The position numbers were made by a program, and so were the translations under genes. Of a stretch of DNA of 64,000 nucleotides, positions 52,083-62,011 are shown in pieces; position 1 is the first letter of the stretch; each line of letters begins with the position of its first letter. A model generated the notes under the pieces. It was not told where the DNA came from. It did not search any database and was given only the letters and a program-made list of their open reading frames with translations. Source of the stretch: an uncultured Actinomycetota bacterium (GTDB taxonomy: Bacteria > Actinomycetota > Actinomycetes > Streptosporangiales > Streptosporangiaceae); the NCBI GenBank assembly GCA_963795265.1, contig CAWCHF010000014.1, positions 77,461-141,460 of the forward strand, written 5' to 3'.

Positions 52083-52932
52083 GTGGGCATGATGATGGCG
52101 GTGAGCTTCCAGCGCAGCGGGCGGCTGTATTACCTGGATCCCGGCCCGTATCAGCCGAGCGTCGGGACCAAGGTGCTGGTTCCTACCGACGCCGGGCCAG
52201 AGGTGGCCGAGTGCATCTGGGCGCCGCAGTGGGTGGATGACGAGATCACCGGCCTGCCGGTGTGCGCCGGCCTGGCCACCGTGAGCACCTGAGCCGGGAC
52301 GAGGCTAACCGGGCCCGCCGCGCCGAGGCCAAGGTCGCCGGTCGCCGGCTGGTCCGCGAGCACGAGCTGCCGATGAAGATCATTGCCGTGGACTACCTGG
52401 ATCAGGCCAGCACGTTCACTATCTACTTCAGCGCGCCGCAGCGCGTCGACTTCCGCGCGCTGGTGAAGGACCTGGCAGCCCGGCTGCGCGCCAGAGTCGA
52501 ACTGCGGCAGATCGGTCCGCGGGACGAGGCCAGGCTGCAGGGCGGCATCGGGCCGTGTGGCCGCGACCTGTGCTGCGCAACGTTCCTCAAGGACTTCGAG
52601 CCAGTGTCCGTGCGCATGGCCAAGGACCAGGACCTGCCGGTAAACCCGCTGCGGATCGCGGGCGCCTGTGGTCGGCTGATGTGCTGCCTGAAGTACGAGC
52701 ATCCGCTGTACCAGGACTTCCGGGCATCGGCGCCGCGGATGGGCGAGGCTGTCGAGACGCCTGCCGGGGCGGGCACCGTGACCGGCTACAACGTGCCCGG
52801 TCCGACAAGATCATCGTCAAGCTAGCCGAAGATGGCAGGCGGACCGCCTGCCCGAAGGCCAGCGTCTGCGGCTCGCGGCAGGCGTACGAGGCCATGCATG
52901 GTGGTTCGCGGGAAGGATCTCCCGACCGGTAG
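52083..52932 (+). CDS. PSP1-domain protein (RicT/YaaT-like), frameshifts near 52285 and 52800 as sequenced
   Basis: Core lies in ORF 52262..52825: ...IYFSAPQRVDFRALVKDLAARLRARVELRQIGPRDEA...GPCGRDLCC...GACGRLMCCLKYE. Sits downstream of holB, as in other Gram-positive bacteria. Confidence 0.75.
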
Positions 52933-52967
52933 ACTCCTCTGGCTCGCGCGGTTCAGCCGCAGCGTGC

Positions 52968-53040
52968 GCCGCCTTAGCTCAGTCGGCAGAGCGATTCACT
53001 CGTAATGAATAGGTCATCGGTTCGATTCCGATAGGCGGCT
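52968..53040 (+). tRNA. tRNA-Thr (anticodon CGT)
   Basis: Hand-folded: acceptor GCCGCCT/AGGCGGC, D-arm GCTC-AGTCGGC-AGAGC, anticodon arm ATTCA-CTCGTAA-TGAAT, T-arm ATCGG-TTCGATT-CCGAT. Confidence 0.9.
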
Positions 53041-53041
53041 C
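52999..53041 (+). repeat. att-like 43-bp direct repeat, copy 1 (3' half of tRNA-Thr)
   Basis: CTCGTAATGAATAGGTCATCGGTTCGATTCCGATAGGCGGCTC, identical to 58107-58149. Confidence 0.85.
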
Positions 53042-53536
53042 CCAGGTAACGTCGTTAGTTCGAAATTAGCAGCGATCGGTTGTGCCGCGTTCGTGGAACG
53101 AGCCAGTGAGCCGCTCTGTCTCTCGGGCTGACCAGTGCTTACAAGCATCGGGTCACTTTCTGTGGTCGATGTTGGCGGCATCACAAGAGCACGCTGCGGT
53201 GCCAGAAGTTGTTATCCGGAACCAGTAGCCCGCCCCTCCTTGGCGGGCGGGGGAGGGACATCGCTACTCCATATCGCCGACTTTGCGCGACTCGCAATCG
53301 CGCCGTACGGGTCGGCCACCGCGCGCAGAACATCCAGTTCTGGATCGTTGTCAGACTGCCCCGTCATTGGCTCATGGGGTCCGGGCGAATCGCCCTGCGC
53401 CCTGCTGTACACGGCACCGGGCGGGCTACTGCTCGCCGGATAACCGCTCCCAGGCAGACTGCCTGGTGATCTGCGCGCCTGTTGGACTTGTCGAAGTATC
53501 GCTAGACGAAAAGATCAGGACGTTCGGGCGTCTCTG

Positions 53537-54940
53537 CTAAGCACTTTTGCCCCTGACCGGGACCGCAGCTGTGAAGAGCTGCAAGTCCCCGGTGCGGGTG
53601 TCGTTCCAGAGCGGGTGAAAGACGCCGGGGGTGGTGGCCAGGGCCTGATAGTCGCCGAGCCTGTAGTTCACGGTGGCGGGGTCGAAGGGCTGGTCGGTGA
53701 CCGTGATCGGGGGGCCGAAGCGCAGCGAGCCGGGCTCGGAGGTCATGAGTACCACGCTGGCCTTGCCCTGGTTCATGGCGAACGCCATCACCCCGATCCG
53801 GCCGGCGTCGTCGATCGCCACCTCGGGCTGAAAGTAGATGGCTTGGTCGTGCGGCGTCGCCGCCCTAGCGCGGGACCAGGTGCGGCCTCCATCCCGAGAG
53901 GCCGCGAGCAGCACACGGGCGCGGCTCGCGCCTGCCGCGTGGTCGATGAAGGCCGCGCAGACCTGGCCCCTGTCGGGGTGGGCGGCGATCGCGGGCAGCG
54001 CGGAGCCGGTGCCGCCGCTGAGGCCGGGAAAGGAAAGGAAATCGGTGCTGCGGCCGAGTATGATCGGCGGTTGGAACGTTTGGCCCTGATCGTGGGAGCA
54101 GACAACGGTCAGGGTCGACGGGCTGTCGGGAGCGGCACTCCCGATAGCGCCCTTGCCTGCGCTGTAGAGGATGTAAACGGTGCCGGGAGGGCCGCAGGCG
54201 ACTATGGGGTTTCCCAGCCCCGCGGTCCTGCGGGCGATGGTGCGCGGGGCGTCGAACGCTCGTCCTCCGTCGCTGGAGCGGGCGTAGCGCAGGCCGGTGG
54301 TGGATCCGGTGGCACTTCCTTCCGACCACACGATGTGAACCACCCCCGGCGAGTGGCGGTCGGTGGCCAGCCAGGGCCGGTCGAGGTTCGCGCCCTGGCC
54401 CGCCACTACCGAGCGCGTGAATGTGCGCCCGCCGTCCTCGGTGCGCCAGACGAGAACGCTCGTCCCGGCCTTCACGGCCGAGCCGAAGGACCCGCACGCG
54501 AAGCCGCGGCCGGTGCTGTCGAAGGCCGCGGACATATTGCCGCCCCCGCTGTCTGGCGGCAGCCGCAGCGTGCCGCCGCTCCGCCAGGTCAGCCCGCCGT
54601 CGAACGAGAGGTACGTGCTCAGCGGCCACGAGCATAGGGCGAGCAGGTGGCGGGGATTGCACGGGTTCACCGCCAACGATGGCTCGTAGTGGCCGCGGCC
54701 GGGGATGCCGCCGTGACTGACCTGCACGTTCAAAGGTCCGTGCAAGGGACTCTCCCGCACAAGGCTTCCGGCCGGCGTCCGGCCCCGCACGGCGGCACAG
54801 GCCTGAAGCGGCACCCCAGCCACAAACAGCGAGGAGGCGGCGAGAGCGCCACCCAGCAAGCCGCGTCGGGAGACCTGCATCGAGTTCATGGCACCCGCTC
54901 GGGGCTGGCTGCCTTCACCGCCGAAGTTGTCATTCATCAT
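53537..54940 (-). CDS. Tat-secreted BNR/Asp-box repeat protein (sialidase-fold, exo-alpha-sialidase-like)
   Basis: GGAGG RBS and ATG at 54940. Twin-arginine signal SRRGLLGGALAASSL. Asp-box motifs SFDGGLTW, TEDGGRTF, SSDGGRAF, SHDQGQTF and SRDGGRTW. Intact 467-aa ORF. Confidence 0.75.
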   Translation of the reverse strand: MMNDNFGGEGSQPRAGAMNSMQVSRRGLLGGALAASSLFVAGVPLQACAAVRGRTPAGSLVRESPLHGPLNVQVSHGGIPGRGHYEPSLAVNPCNPRHLLALCSWPLSTYLSFDGGLTWRSGGTLRLPPDSGGGNMSAAFDSTGRGFACGSFGSAVKAGTSVLVWRTEDGGRTFTRSVVAGQGANLDRPWLATDRHSPGVVHIVWSEGSATGSTTGLRYARSSDGGRAFDAPRTIARRTAGLGNPIVACGPPGTVYILYSAGKGAIGSAAPDSPSTLTVVCSHDQGQTFQPPIILGRSTDFLSFPGLSGGTGSALPAIAAHPDRGQVCAAFIDHAAGASRARVLLAASRDGGRTWSRARAATPHDQAIYFQPEVAIDDAGRIGVMAFAMNQGKASVVLMTSEPGSLRFGPPITVTDQPFDPATVNYRLGDYQALATTPGVFHPLWNDTRTGDLQLFTAAVPVRGKSA

Positions 54941-55243
54941 GCCCTCCTCAGGATTGGATGATCATGCCGGCCGTCAGCGCCGGGCCCGGATACCGCGCTC
55001 CCGGCGGTCGCGCCCGGTACCGCCGACAGTGCGCGGACTGGGTTCATGCCTGCAACCCCACACCTGGGCGGGCGACATCAGCGCTACCGATGACGCTCGC
55101 GCCGTGCCGGTACATGCTCCTTTCGGGCCAGGCGCCCGGCTTGTTCGAGCGCCGCTCATTAGCCTCGTCTTCGTTCCTGTGCTGGCCCTGAAGACCGGGC
55201 GATCTTCAGCGAGCGCTCAGGATCGGCCGGCAATAATTCTTCT

Positions 55244-55912
55244 GTGAGAACGTCGCCGCCGCGGGTGGCGCTTGTCGAGGACGAGGAGCCCGTCCGCCAA
55301 GCGGTCGCGTGGGCGCTCCGGCGCGAAGGGATCGCCGTCACCGGGTTTTCCGACTACCCCGGCCCCGGCCTGATCCTCGCCGCCGCCCCGGATCTGGCCG
55401 TGCTCGACGTTATGCTTCCCAGCGGCGACGGGTTCGAGCTGGCCCGGGAGCTACGCGCCGCCCGCGATCTGCCGATCGTCTTCCTGACCGCTCGCGACGC
55501 CGTTGAGGACCGGCTGGCCGGCTTCGGGCTCGGCGCCGACGACTACCTGGTCAAGCCCTTCGCGCTCGAAGAGCTGCTCGCCCGCGTGCGCGCCGTCCTT
55601 CGGCGAACGGGCCGCCTGGGCGCAGCGATCGAAGCAGGCGCGGTCGTCGTCGACGAGCAGGCCGGCCTGGCCGCGCGCGCCGGCTCGCCGCTCGAGCTAA
55701 CCCCGACCGAGCTGCGGCTGCTTGCCTACCTCGTCCGCCGGCGCGGCCTTGTGCTTTCCAAGCACCAGCTGCTTACCCAGGTCTGGGGCTACGACGCTTA
55801 CGATCCAAACATCGTCGAGGTCCACGTCAGCGCCCTGCGCCGCAAGCTCGAAGCACACGGCCCGCGTATCCTCCACACCGTCCGCGGTCTCGGCTACCGG
55901 CTCGACCCGTGA
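55244..55912 (+). CDS. OmpR-family response regulator
   Basis: RVALVEDEEP...DLAVLDVMLP receiver domain and winged-helix C-terminus ...VWGYDAYDPNIVEVHVSALRRKLE...IHTVRGLGYRL. Confidence 0.9.
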   Translation: MRTSPPRVALVEDEEPVRQAVAWALRREGIAVTGFSDYPGPGLILAAAPDLAVLDVMLPSGDGFELARELRAARDLPIVFLTARDAVEDRLAGFGLGADDYLVKPFALEELLARVRAVLRRTGRLGAAIEAGAVVVDEQAGLAARAGSPLELTPTELRLLAYLVRRRGLVLSKHQLLTQVWGYDAYDPNIVEVHVSALRRKLEAHGPRILHTVRGLGYRLDP

Positions 55913-57222
55913 TGAAGACCGGCTCGCTCCGCGCCCGCGTCGTCCTCACCACCCTCGCCCTGTTCGCGACCGTCCTCACCGTCGTCGTCACTGCGGTCAC
56001 CCTCGCCTACCGCGCCGAGCTCGACGGTCAGCTTCGCAGCCGACTCGCCGACGCCGGCGCCGCTGTCGATCGCTCCGACCCCCGCGACCTAAAGCCACTC
56101 ATCCCGGTCCTCGCGCTCGAGGGCTTCGTGACCAGCCTCAGCGGCCCCTCCCCGGCAGCGTCGCGTCCCGCGCCTGCAGGAACTCCCGCGACCGCAGCCC
56201 CCAAGACCGGCGCGACGATCCAGACACGCGGATCGTTGCTCGTCCTCGACGAAGTCCTCCCCGGTGGAACGCGAGTCTCCCTCAGCGCCAGCCGTACGGG
56301 CGTCGACCAAGCCGTCACCAACTTGCTCCTCATCGAGCTCCTGGTCGCCGCCCCCGCGCTCGCGCTCGCGGCCCTTCTAGTCCTCCACGGCACGCACACC
56401 GCTCTTCGCCCCCTCTCTGCCGTCATCGAGACCGCAACCCGCATCGCCCACGGCGACACCAAGCTCCGCCTCAAGCCCAGCCGCGCCGACACTGAGCTCG
56501 GCAGCCTCGCTGCCGCCTTCGACCGGATGCTCGACTCCCTGGAAACAGCCATCGAGGAGGCACGCGCTAGCGACACCGCAACCCGCCGTTTCCTCGCTGA
56601 CGCTTCCCACGAGCTCCGCAACCCCATCGCCGCGCTCCAGGCAAGCGTCGAAACCCTCCTGCGCGAGCAACCTCAACGACCCGAGCGCGACCGCCTCGAA
56701 GCGGCCGTCGCCCGTCACAGCGAACAACTCGGCCGTCTCGTCCACGACCTTCTCTCACTCGCCCGTCTCGAAGCACACCCAACCCGGTCGCCCGTCGACC
56801 TCGCCACAATCGCGCGCCAACTCGTCGAAGACGCACGAGGGCGCGCACCGGAGGCGGCGATCACCCTCAGCGCAAACGACGACACCACCGTTCGCGGTGA
56901 TCCCGATGCGCTCGAACGCGTCCTGCGTAACCTCATCGACAACGCCCTCGCTGTCATCCAGCCCGAGGGACGAATCAACGTGCAACTACGACGGCTCAAC
57001 GGATACATCGAGGCGCGGGTCGCAGACGACGGCCCTGGCGTACCCGAAGACCAACGCGAACGCATTTTCCAACGCTTCGTCCGACTCGACCCCACCAAAT
57101 CCGGCCACGGCCTTGGACTCGCCATCGCGCGCCGCGTCGCCCAGCAACACCATGGCGACCTCACCTGCGATCTCACCCCTGCAGGTGCCAGCTTCACCCT
57201 CCACCTTCCCGCGCAGCCTTGA
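55909..57222 (+). CDS. sensor histidine kinase (HAMP plus HisKA plus HATPase_c)
   Basis: Overlaps the regulator stop. H-box FLADASHELRNPIAAL, N-box LRNLIDNAL, G-boxes DDGPGVP and GHGLGLAIA. Confidence 0.9.
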   Translation: MMKTGSLRARVVLTTLALFATVLTVVVTAVTLAYRAELDGQLRSRLADAGAAVDRSDPRDLKPLIPVLALEGFVTSLSGPSPAASRPAPAGTPATAAPKTGATIQTRGSLLVLDEVLPGGTRVSLSASRTGVDQAVTNLLLIELLVAAPALALAALLVLHGTHTALRPLSAVIETATRIAHGDTKLRLKPSRADTELGSLAAAFDRMLDSLETAIEEARASDTATRRFLADASHELRNPIAALQASVETLLREQPQRPERDRLEAAVARHSEQLGRLVHDLLSLARLEAHPTRSPVDLATIARQLVEDARGRAPEAAITLSANDDTTVRGDPDALERVLRNLIDNALAVIQPEGRINVQLRRLNGYIEARVADDGPGVPEDQRERIFQRFVRLDPTKSGHGLGLAIARRVAQQHHGDLTCDLTPAGASFTLHLPAQP

Positions 57223-58106
57223 CCCGATCGACCCAAGCCCACGTCCGATCACGAATCTTTCATCCGGAAGGTCGATGGGGACGTGTCCTGCCGGCTGTGT
57301 AAGTGAATGGCCTGGCGATGAGCCGTCACGTGGACGTGCTGCTCGCGTACGCCGATCCGCCTGGCGGCGTGACTGGCACGTCCAGGATGCTCGCTGCTGT
57401 CCCTCGACCTCCCCGTCCCTGACGGCACCACTGGTCCTCGATCACCAGATGCGGCAGCGTCGTGAACAGCAGCAGGTAACCGGACGCGCAAATCGGCACC
57501 TTCCAGGTCGCAGCCAGTCTCCAGCCGGCTTGCCTGCACCAACAGCCCGGCCTGCGTCCAGATCGATCTTTCGGGCACGGCATGAACCACAAGCCCGATG
57601 ACCCACCTGCCGCCCCGAACGGCGGATCCGTGCGCGCCTCCGCGCTTCCGCCTCAGGGCAGCTGGCCATGGCCGTCCCCGGGCGGATTCGGATTCCGCTG
57701 GTCGTCGTCAGGTTCGGAGGATCCAGCCTGTCTCGACCCGGCGGAAGCCGGTCCGTCGACATCCACGAGATGCCGGCAGGCTGGCCGAACCTGCCCGCCA
57801 GACACGACAAGATCGTGTTGTCCGGCTCCACATCTTGCTGAAGGTCTGGCGCTCGCCGCGCCGGTGCCGGTGGCGATCGAGCGGCAGAAGGCGGACTACC
57901 TGTTCGACCCTGGCGATGCGTTCGCCGAGCAGACCCTTCAGCGCCGAGGCAGCGCACGCATTACTGTCTGTAGTTGACATGCCGCAGGGTACGTGGAACG
58001 AGTTGTGGAACAGGCTGCCAGCAGAAGGGTGTGCATTGAGATGCAATCCGGGCAGTTCGTCGGGCGGCCAGTGCGGCCAGCCCGTGCAGGGCGGCGCCGC
58101 GGCCTT

Positions 58107-58149
58107 CTCGTAATGAATAGGTCATCGGTTCGATTCCGATAGGCGGCTC
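58107..58149 (+). repeat. att-like 43-bp direct repeat, copy 2 (orphan tRNA-Thr 3' half)
   Basis: Perfect copy of 52999-53041. No 5' half of a tRNA precedes it. Confidence 0.85.
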
Positions 58150-58230
58150 TACCCCTGACCTGGGGAAACGTCTCACTGCAAGATCCGTGATGTTGTGCGT
58201 TAGTAGCAACGTCAGTAGCATCCGCAAGGA

Positions 58231-58560
58231 TTACTCAGCATCGCGGGGTGCCTCCGAGTCCTTCCGAAGCATCCCGCCCATCCGCCTCGCAGCGTCCTGA
58301 GTCAGCGCCGAAGACACATGGGAGTACGCCTGCGTGACGCGGATATCGCAGTGGCCGAGCATCTCCTGGACAACCGGAAGCGCCACGCCCTTGTGCAACA
58401 TGAGGGTTGCCGCCGAGTGCCGCATCGCGTGAACCCGGTGATGACGTAGCCCCGCCGCCTTCAGAATGCCGGCCCACTCCTGCCAGTCCCGGCGCGGATC
58501 CAGCGGCCGGCCATTCCACTGGCAGAACACCAAATCGCTGTCCTCCCACTCATCACCCAC
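58231..58560 (-). pseudogene. tyrosine recombinase/integrase, C-terminal catalytic fragment only
   Basis: ...DSDLVFCQWNGRPLDPRRDW...HRVHAMRHSAATLML...LGHCDIRVTQAYSHV (HxxR and catalytic Tyr regions). Upstream sequence is not readable as an integrase N-terminus. Confidence 0.7.
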
Positions 58561-58687
58561 CGTGAGCTTCGGCCTGGGATAACACCCCAGGCAAAGGTCT
58601 GGCCTTGTGGCACCCCCGCACCACGCGAGGGCGTGGCTCCGGCTTCGCTGCCGCTGCTACGTCGAGCGAGCGATCTATGTGGCACCT

Positions 58688-59032
58688 ATGGCAGTAGCCC
58701 TCTATGTGATCGACTTCACTCTGGCGCACGGAAGCACGAGCTTAGATTGCCGCGTTCCATCCCAGGTGAGCAACCTGACCAGCCTGATCGTTCTCGTCAC
58801 CCTGATCCACGTGGCCGCGTTCATGGTCATGATCGTTATTCGGGTGCGGCGGAACGAGGTCGACGGCACCCTTGGCAGCAACGCCCCCAGCACACCATGC
58901 GTTGTGTGCGGCCAGCCAGCTACCCACCGGAGATACGACGGGCTCGACCCTAACGAGCAGCGCGACCCGCACACTGGCCGCTCCTACTCCATCGACATGG
59001 CGCGCTACCAGCCGCTGTGCCCGGCCCACTAG
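58688..59032 (+). CDS. hypothetical small membrane protein with C-terminal Cys/His-containing segment
   Basis: ATG at 58688, in frame with ORF 58607..59032. TM segment LTSLIVLVTLIHVAAFMVMIVI. C-terminal CVVCGQPATHRRYDG...YQPLCPAH. Lower GC than the flanks. Confidence 0.35.
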   Translation: MAVALYVIDFTLAHGSTSLDCRVPSQVSNLTSLIVLVTLIHVAAFMVMIVIRVRRNEVDGTLGSNAPSTPCVVCGQPATHRRYDGLDPNEQRDPHTGRSYSIDMARYQPLCPAH

Positions 59033-59078
59033 CCGAGACAATGCACGATCAGTCATTTCAGCCCTGAATTCGGAGCCA

Positions 59079-59292
59079 GCGCGAGTCGACGGGCGCCTGT
59101 TCCGACCGGGCCGGCAGATCTCCGCGGCCTGCGCGGCGCGCGCCGGCCTGGGTCCCGCCAACCTGGTCCTCTACGACGTCAGCACTTTGTACTTCGAGAC
59201 CGACGAGGCAGACGGGTTCCGGGAGAGCGGCTTTTCCACGGAGCCGCGGCTGCAACCGCAGATCACCATCGGCCTGCTCACCGGCGCTGACG
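59079..59292 (+). mobile_element. IS1634-family transposase, short N-proximal fragment
   Basis: ...GLGPANLVLYDVSTLYFETDEADGFRESGFSTEPRLQPQITIGLLTGAD..., the conserved DDE-region block of IS1634 transposases. No ends or rest of the gene. Confidence 0.6.
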
Positions 59293-59453
59293 CGAAACCT
59301 ACGCTGACTGGCCGAGACATGCGGGCGGCTACTGCAGGTCCCGTCATCGGTGTCCCCACTGAACCTCCGGCAGACCGCTAACTTGACCTTGACCCTGGGG
59401 GAAGCCGCACAGTCTGGGGAGCCGGGCATCGGCCCGGCACGAGGGAGCCGGCC

Positions 59454-60299
59454 GTGGACCTGATGAGCATCGGTGAGTTCGCCAGGCTATCCCGCCTGTC
59501 GGCGAAGGCGCTGCGCCTGTATGACGAGCTGGGACTGCTGCCGCCCGCCCAGGTCGATCCGGACTCTGGTTACCGCTGGTATGCCGCCGGTCAGCTGGAC
59601 AACGCCCGGCTGGTCGCGTCGCTGCGCCAGATCGGAGTGCCGCTGGCGCAGATCCAGCTGATCCTCAGCCTGGAGCCGGAGGCCGCTGCGGCGCAAGTCG
59701 GCGCTTACTGGTCAGGGGCTGAAGCCGATCATGCTGCCCGCCGGGACCTGGCCGGCAACCTTGTTGACCGCCTGACTGGAAAGAGGAACGTCATGTACGA
59801 GGTCAAGGTCCGCGATATCCCCGCCCGCAGCCTGCTCTGCCTGCTACGGCATGCCAGCAGTCAGCAGGAAGTCTGGGACCTGGGCAAGGAGGTCATCGGC
59901 ATGCTCAAGGCCCAGCCGCAGGCTCGGGTAGACGGCGTCGCCGGGGCCGCGTTCCTGATCTACTACGGGGAGGTGAACCAGGACAGTAACGGCCCGGTGG
60001 AGTTCTGCTGGCCGGTGCCGCCGGACCTGGCCAGCCAGCTCGCCGCCAGGTTCCCCGGACTCACCCTGCGCACCGAGCCTGCGCACCAGGAGGCCTACAG
60101 TCACCTGGACCAGGACGCGACGGAGGCGCAGTGGCAAGCCGCAGGGGACTCGGCCTTGACCTGGGCAGCCGAGCAGCTGCGGCAGCCCAGTGACCTGGGC
60201 CTGCGCGTTACCCTCCTGACGACCGCCGCGCCAGTGACCGACGCCAGCAGGCGCGGCGGCAGCGACATCGCCCTCCCGCTGCGCGACCGGGCCGTCTGA
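59454..60299 (+). CDS. MerR-family regulator with GyrI-like effector-binding domain
   Basis: MSIGEFARLSRLSAKALRLYDELGLLPPAQVDPDSGYRWY HTH region followed by a ~150-aa GyrI-like C-terminal half. Confidence 0.8.
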   Translation: MDLMSIGEFARLSRLSAKALRLYDELGLLPPAQVDPDSGYRWYAAGQLDNARLVASLRQIGVPLAQIQLILSLEPEAAAAQVGAYWSGAEADHAARRDLAGNLVDRLTGKRNVMYEVKVRDIPARSLLCLLRHASSQQEVWDLGKEVIGMLKAQPQARVDGVAGAAFLIYYGEVNQDSNGPVEFCWPVPPDLASQLAARFPGLTLRTEPAHQEAYSHLDQDATEAQWQAAGDSALTWAAEQLRQPSDLGLRVTLLTTAAPVTDASRRGGSDIALPLRDRAV

Positions 60300-60305
60300 G
60301 TCGTC

Positions 60306-60419
60306 TGGGATCCCGGCCGGCTGCAGTTGCGTGCGGGGATCGTAACCGGCGAGGCGGGCGATGTTCTCGATGGGTACGCCCGCCTCGGACGGGCACGACA
60401 CGAAGTGGACCCGTAACCG
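60306..60419 (-). pseudogene. tyrosine integrase C-terminal scrap
   Basis: ...LRVHFVSCPSEAGVPIENIARLAG... (compare the RHSFVSLLS..GV.IE.IA.LVGH block of actinobacterial integrases), embedded in the shadow ORF 59844..60740. Confidence 0.4.
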
Positions 60420-60519
60420 CATTTTGATGATCGCGTCAATTGAGGCCGCGATACGTCCGGAATCAATGTGATAGTTGCTGGCGCCGGGATAACCCGGCCA
60501 CGCACGGAAAAGGAATGAT

Positions 60520-61098
60520 ATGGCCGAGGTGCTGCTGTTCCACCACGCGCAAGGACTCACCCCCGGCGTGGCAGGCTTCGCGGACCAACTCCGAGCCGCT
60601 GGCCACGCCGTGCACGTCCCCGATCTGTTCGACGGACACGTCTTCGGCACCGTGCAGGAAGGCGTGGAGTACGCGAGCAAGATCGGCTTCGGCACGGTCA
60701 TCGAGCGCGGCCAGGCCGCGGCTGCCGAGCTACCCGCCACGCTGGTCTACGCCGGATTCTCGCTCGGCGTACTGCCCGCCCAGATGCTGGCACAGACTCG
60801 CCCCGGCGCCAAGGGCGCGCTGCTGTTCGAAGCCTGCATGCCAGTCTCGGAGTTCAGCGCTTCCTGGCCGACGGGAGTCCCCGTGCAGGTGCACGGCATG
60901 GAAGATGATGAGTTCTTCGCCGGAGAAGGCGACATCGACGCGGCCCGCGCCCTCGTTCAGGCGGCGCCGGATGCTGAGTTGTTCCTGTACCCCGGTAACC
61001 GGCATCTTTTCGCCGACAGCAGCCTGCCTTCCTACGACGAACCAGCCGCCACGCAGCTCACCCGGCGTGTGCTTGCCTTTCTCGAGGGCAAGGACTAG
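60520..61098 (+). CDS. dienelactone hydrolase family protein
   Basis: 192-aa ORF: MAEVLLFHHAQGLTPGV...YAGFSLG...HGMEDDEF...GNRHLFAD. Confidence 0.7.
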   Translation: MAEVLLFHHAQGLTPGVAGFADQLRAAGHAVHVPDLFDGHVFGTVQEGVEYASKIGFGTVIERGQAAAAELPATLVYAGFSLGVLPAQMLAQTRPGAKGALLFEACMPVSEFSASWPTGVPVQVHGMEDDEFFAGEGDIDAARALVQAAPDAELFLYPGNRHLFADSSLPSYDEPAATQLTRRVLAFLEGKD

Positions 61099-61133
61099 AA
61101 CCGCCACGTCACGTGGATCGGCAGGATCGCGGC

Positions 61134-61886
61134 ATGACCTCCGGATCGCACCGACGGGCGATCGGCTCGCTGCGGGCCGTGGCGCTGGACGCCCCGGACA
61201 TCGACGTCCTGGCCACGTTCTACGAGCAGCTCGCCGGCTGGCGACGCGTCCGCGACGACGACGGGGAGGAGGAGGACGACTGGATCACGATCGACGCGGG
61301 TGACGGCTGGCGGATCGGCCTGCAATTGGCCACCGACCACGTGCCACCGCACTGGCCGGACCAGGACCGGCCGCAGCAGGCCCATCTCGACTTCCAGGTA
61401 CCGGACATCGATGCGGCGGCGGAACGTGCCCGTCAGCTCGGCGCCGGCCTGCTGCGCCGGGGCGAACGGTGGCACACGCTGGCCGACCCGGCAGGCCACC
61501 CGTTCGACCTGTGCGCCAGCTCCGGCGATCCCCGGACCACCCTGATCGGCGTCATGCTGGACTGCCCCGACGCGAAGGCGCTGAGCCACTTCTACGCGGA
61601 GCTGCTCGGCAAGCCCGTGACGTACGAGGCGGACGGGTTCGCCATGATCGGCGAGGACGGCGCGCAGCCGGTGAAGTTCCAGCAGGTGCAGCAGTACACC
61701 GCGCCGCGCTGGCCGGATCCGGCGTACCCGCAGCAGATTCACCTTGATGTGACCGTCCAGGACGTGGACGCGGCGGAACGGGCCGCCCTCGACATCGGCG
61801 CCACCCGACTGGACGGCGCCGGCCCGAACTGGCGCGTCTACGCCGATCCGGTCGGCAAGCCGTTCTGCCTGGTCTGGACGGACTAG
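61134..61886 (+). CDS. VOC (glyoxalase/bleomycin-resistance fold) protein, two-domain
   Basis: Two similar halves, ...LRAVALDAPDIDVLATFYEQLAGW...ADPAGHPFDLC and ...GVMLDCPDAKALSHFYAELLG...ADPVGKPFCLV. Confidence 0.7.
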   Translation: MTSGSHRRAIGSLRAVALDAPDIDVLATFYEQLAGWRRVRDDDGEEEDDWITIDAGDGWRIGLQLATDHVPPHWPDQDRPQQAHLDFQVPDIDAAAERARQLGAGLLRRGERWHTLADPAGHPFDLCASSGDPRTTLIGVMLDCPDAKALSHFYAELLGKPVTYEADGFAMIGEDGAQPVKFQQVQQYTAPRWPDPAYPQQIHLDVTVQDVDAAERAALDIGATRLDGAGPNWRVYADPVGKPFCLVWTD

Positions 61887-62011
61887 GGCGGAAGAGCTGC
61901 GGAGCAGTCCCACCCGGCCGGGCGGAACACGCCGAGATATATCTTGTGCCGCCGAGGTTGGAGATATATCTTGACTGGGCAATGTGGCGTGGCAGCCAGG
62001 GAGGCAGCGAC

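Noticed and set aside
50768-52932. Calling holB, tmk and the PSP1 gene true pseudogenes because of their frameshifts.
   Set aside because: These are core, normally essential or near-essential functions in a conserved syntenic block (topA-tmk-holB-ricT-tRNA). Single indel artefacts are the more economical explanation.
53229-53251. GC hairpin CCCGCCC-N9-GGGCGGG just downstream of tRNA-Thr, considered as a terminator.
   Set aside because: It has no T-tract on either side and lies in unassigned islet DNA, so its function cannot be inferred.
57223-58106. Possible toxin-antitoxin or transposase remnant at the distal end of the tRNA-Thr islet. Protein-like runs include ...ALKGLLGERIARVEQVVRLLPLD... 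and ...GYLLLFTTLPHLVIEDQ...
   Set aside because: The fragments lie in different frames, none matches a family I can name, and there are no start/stop-delimited ORFs with motifs.
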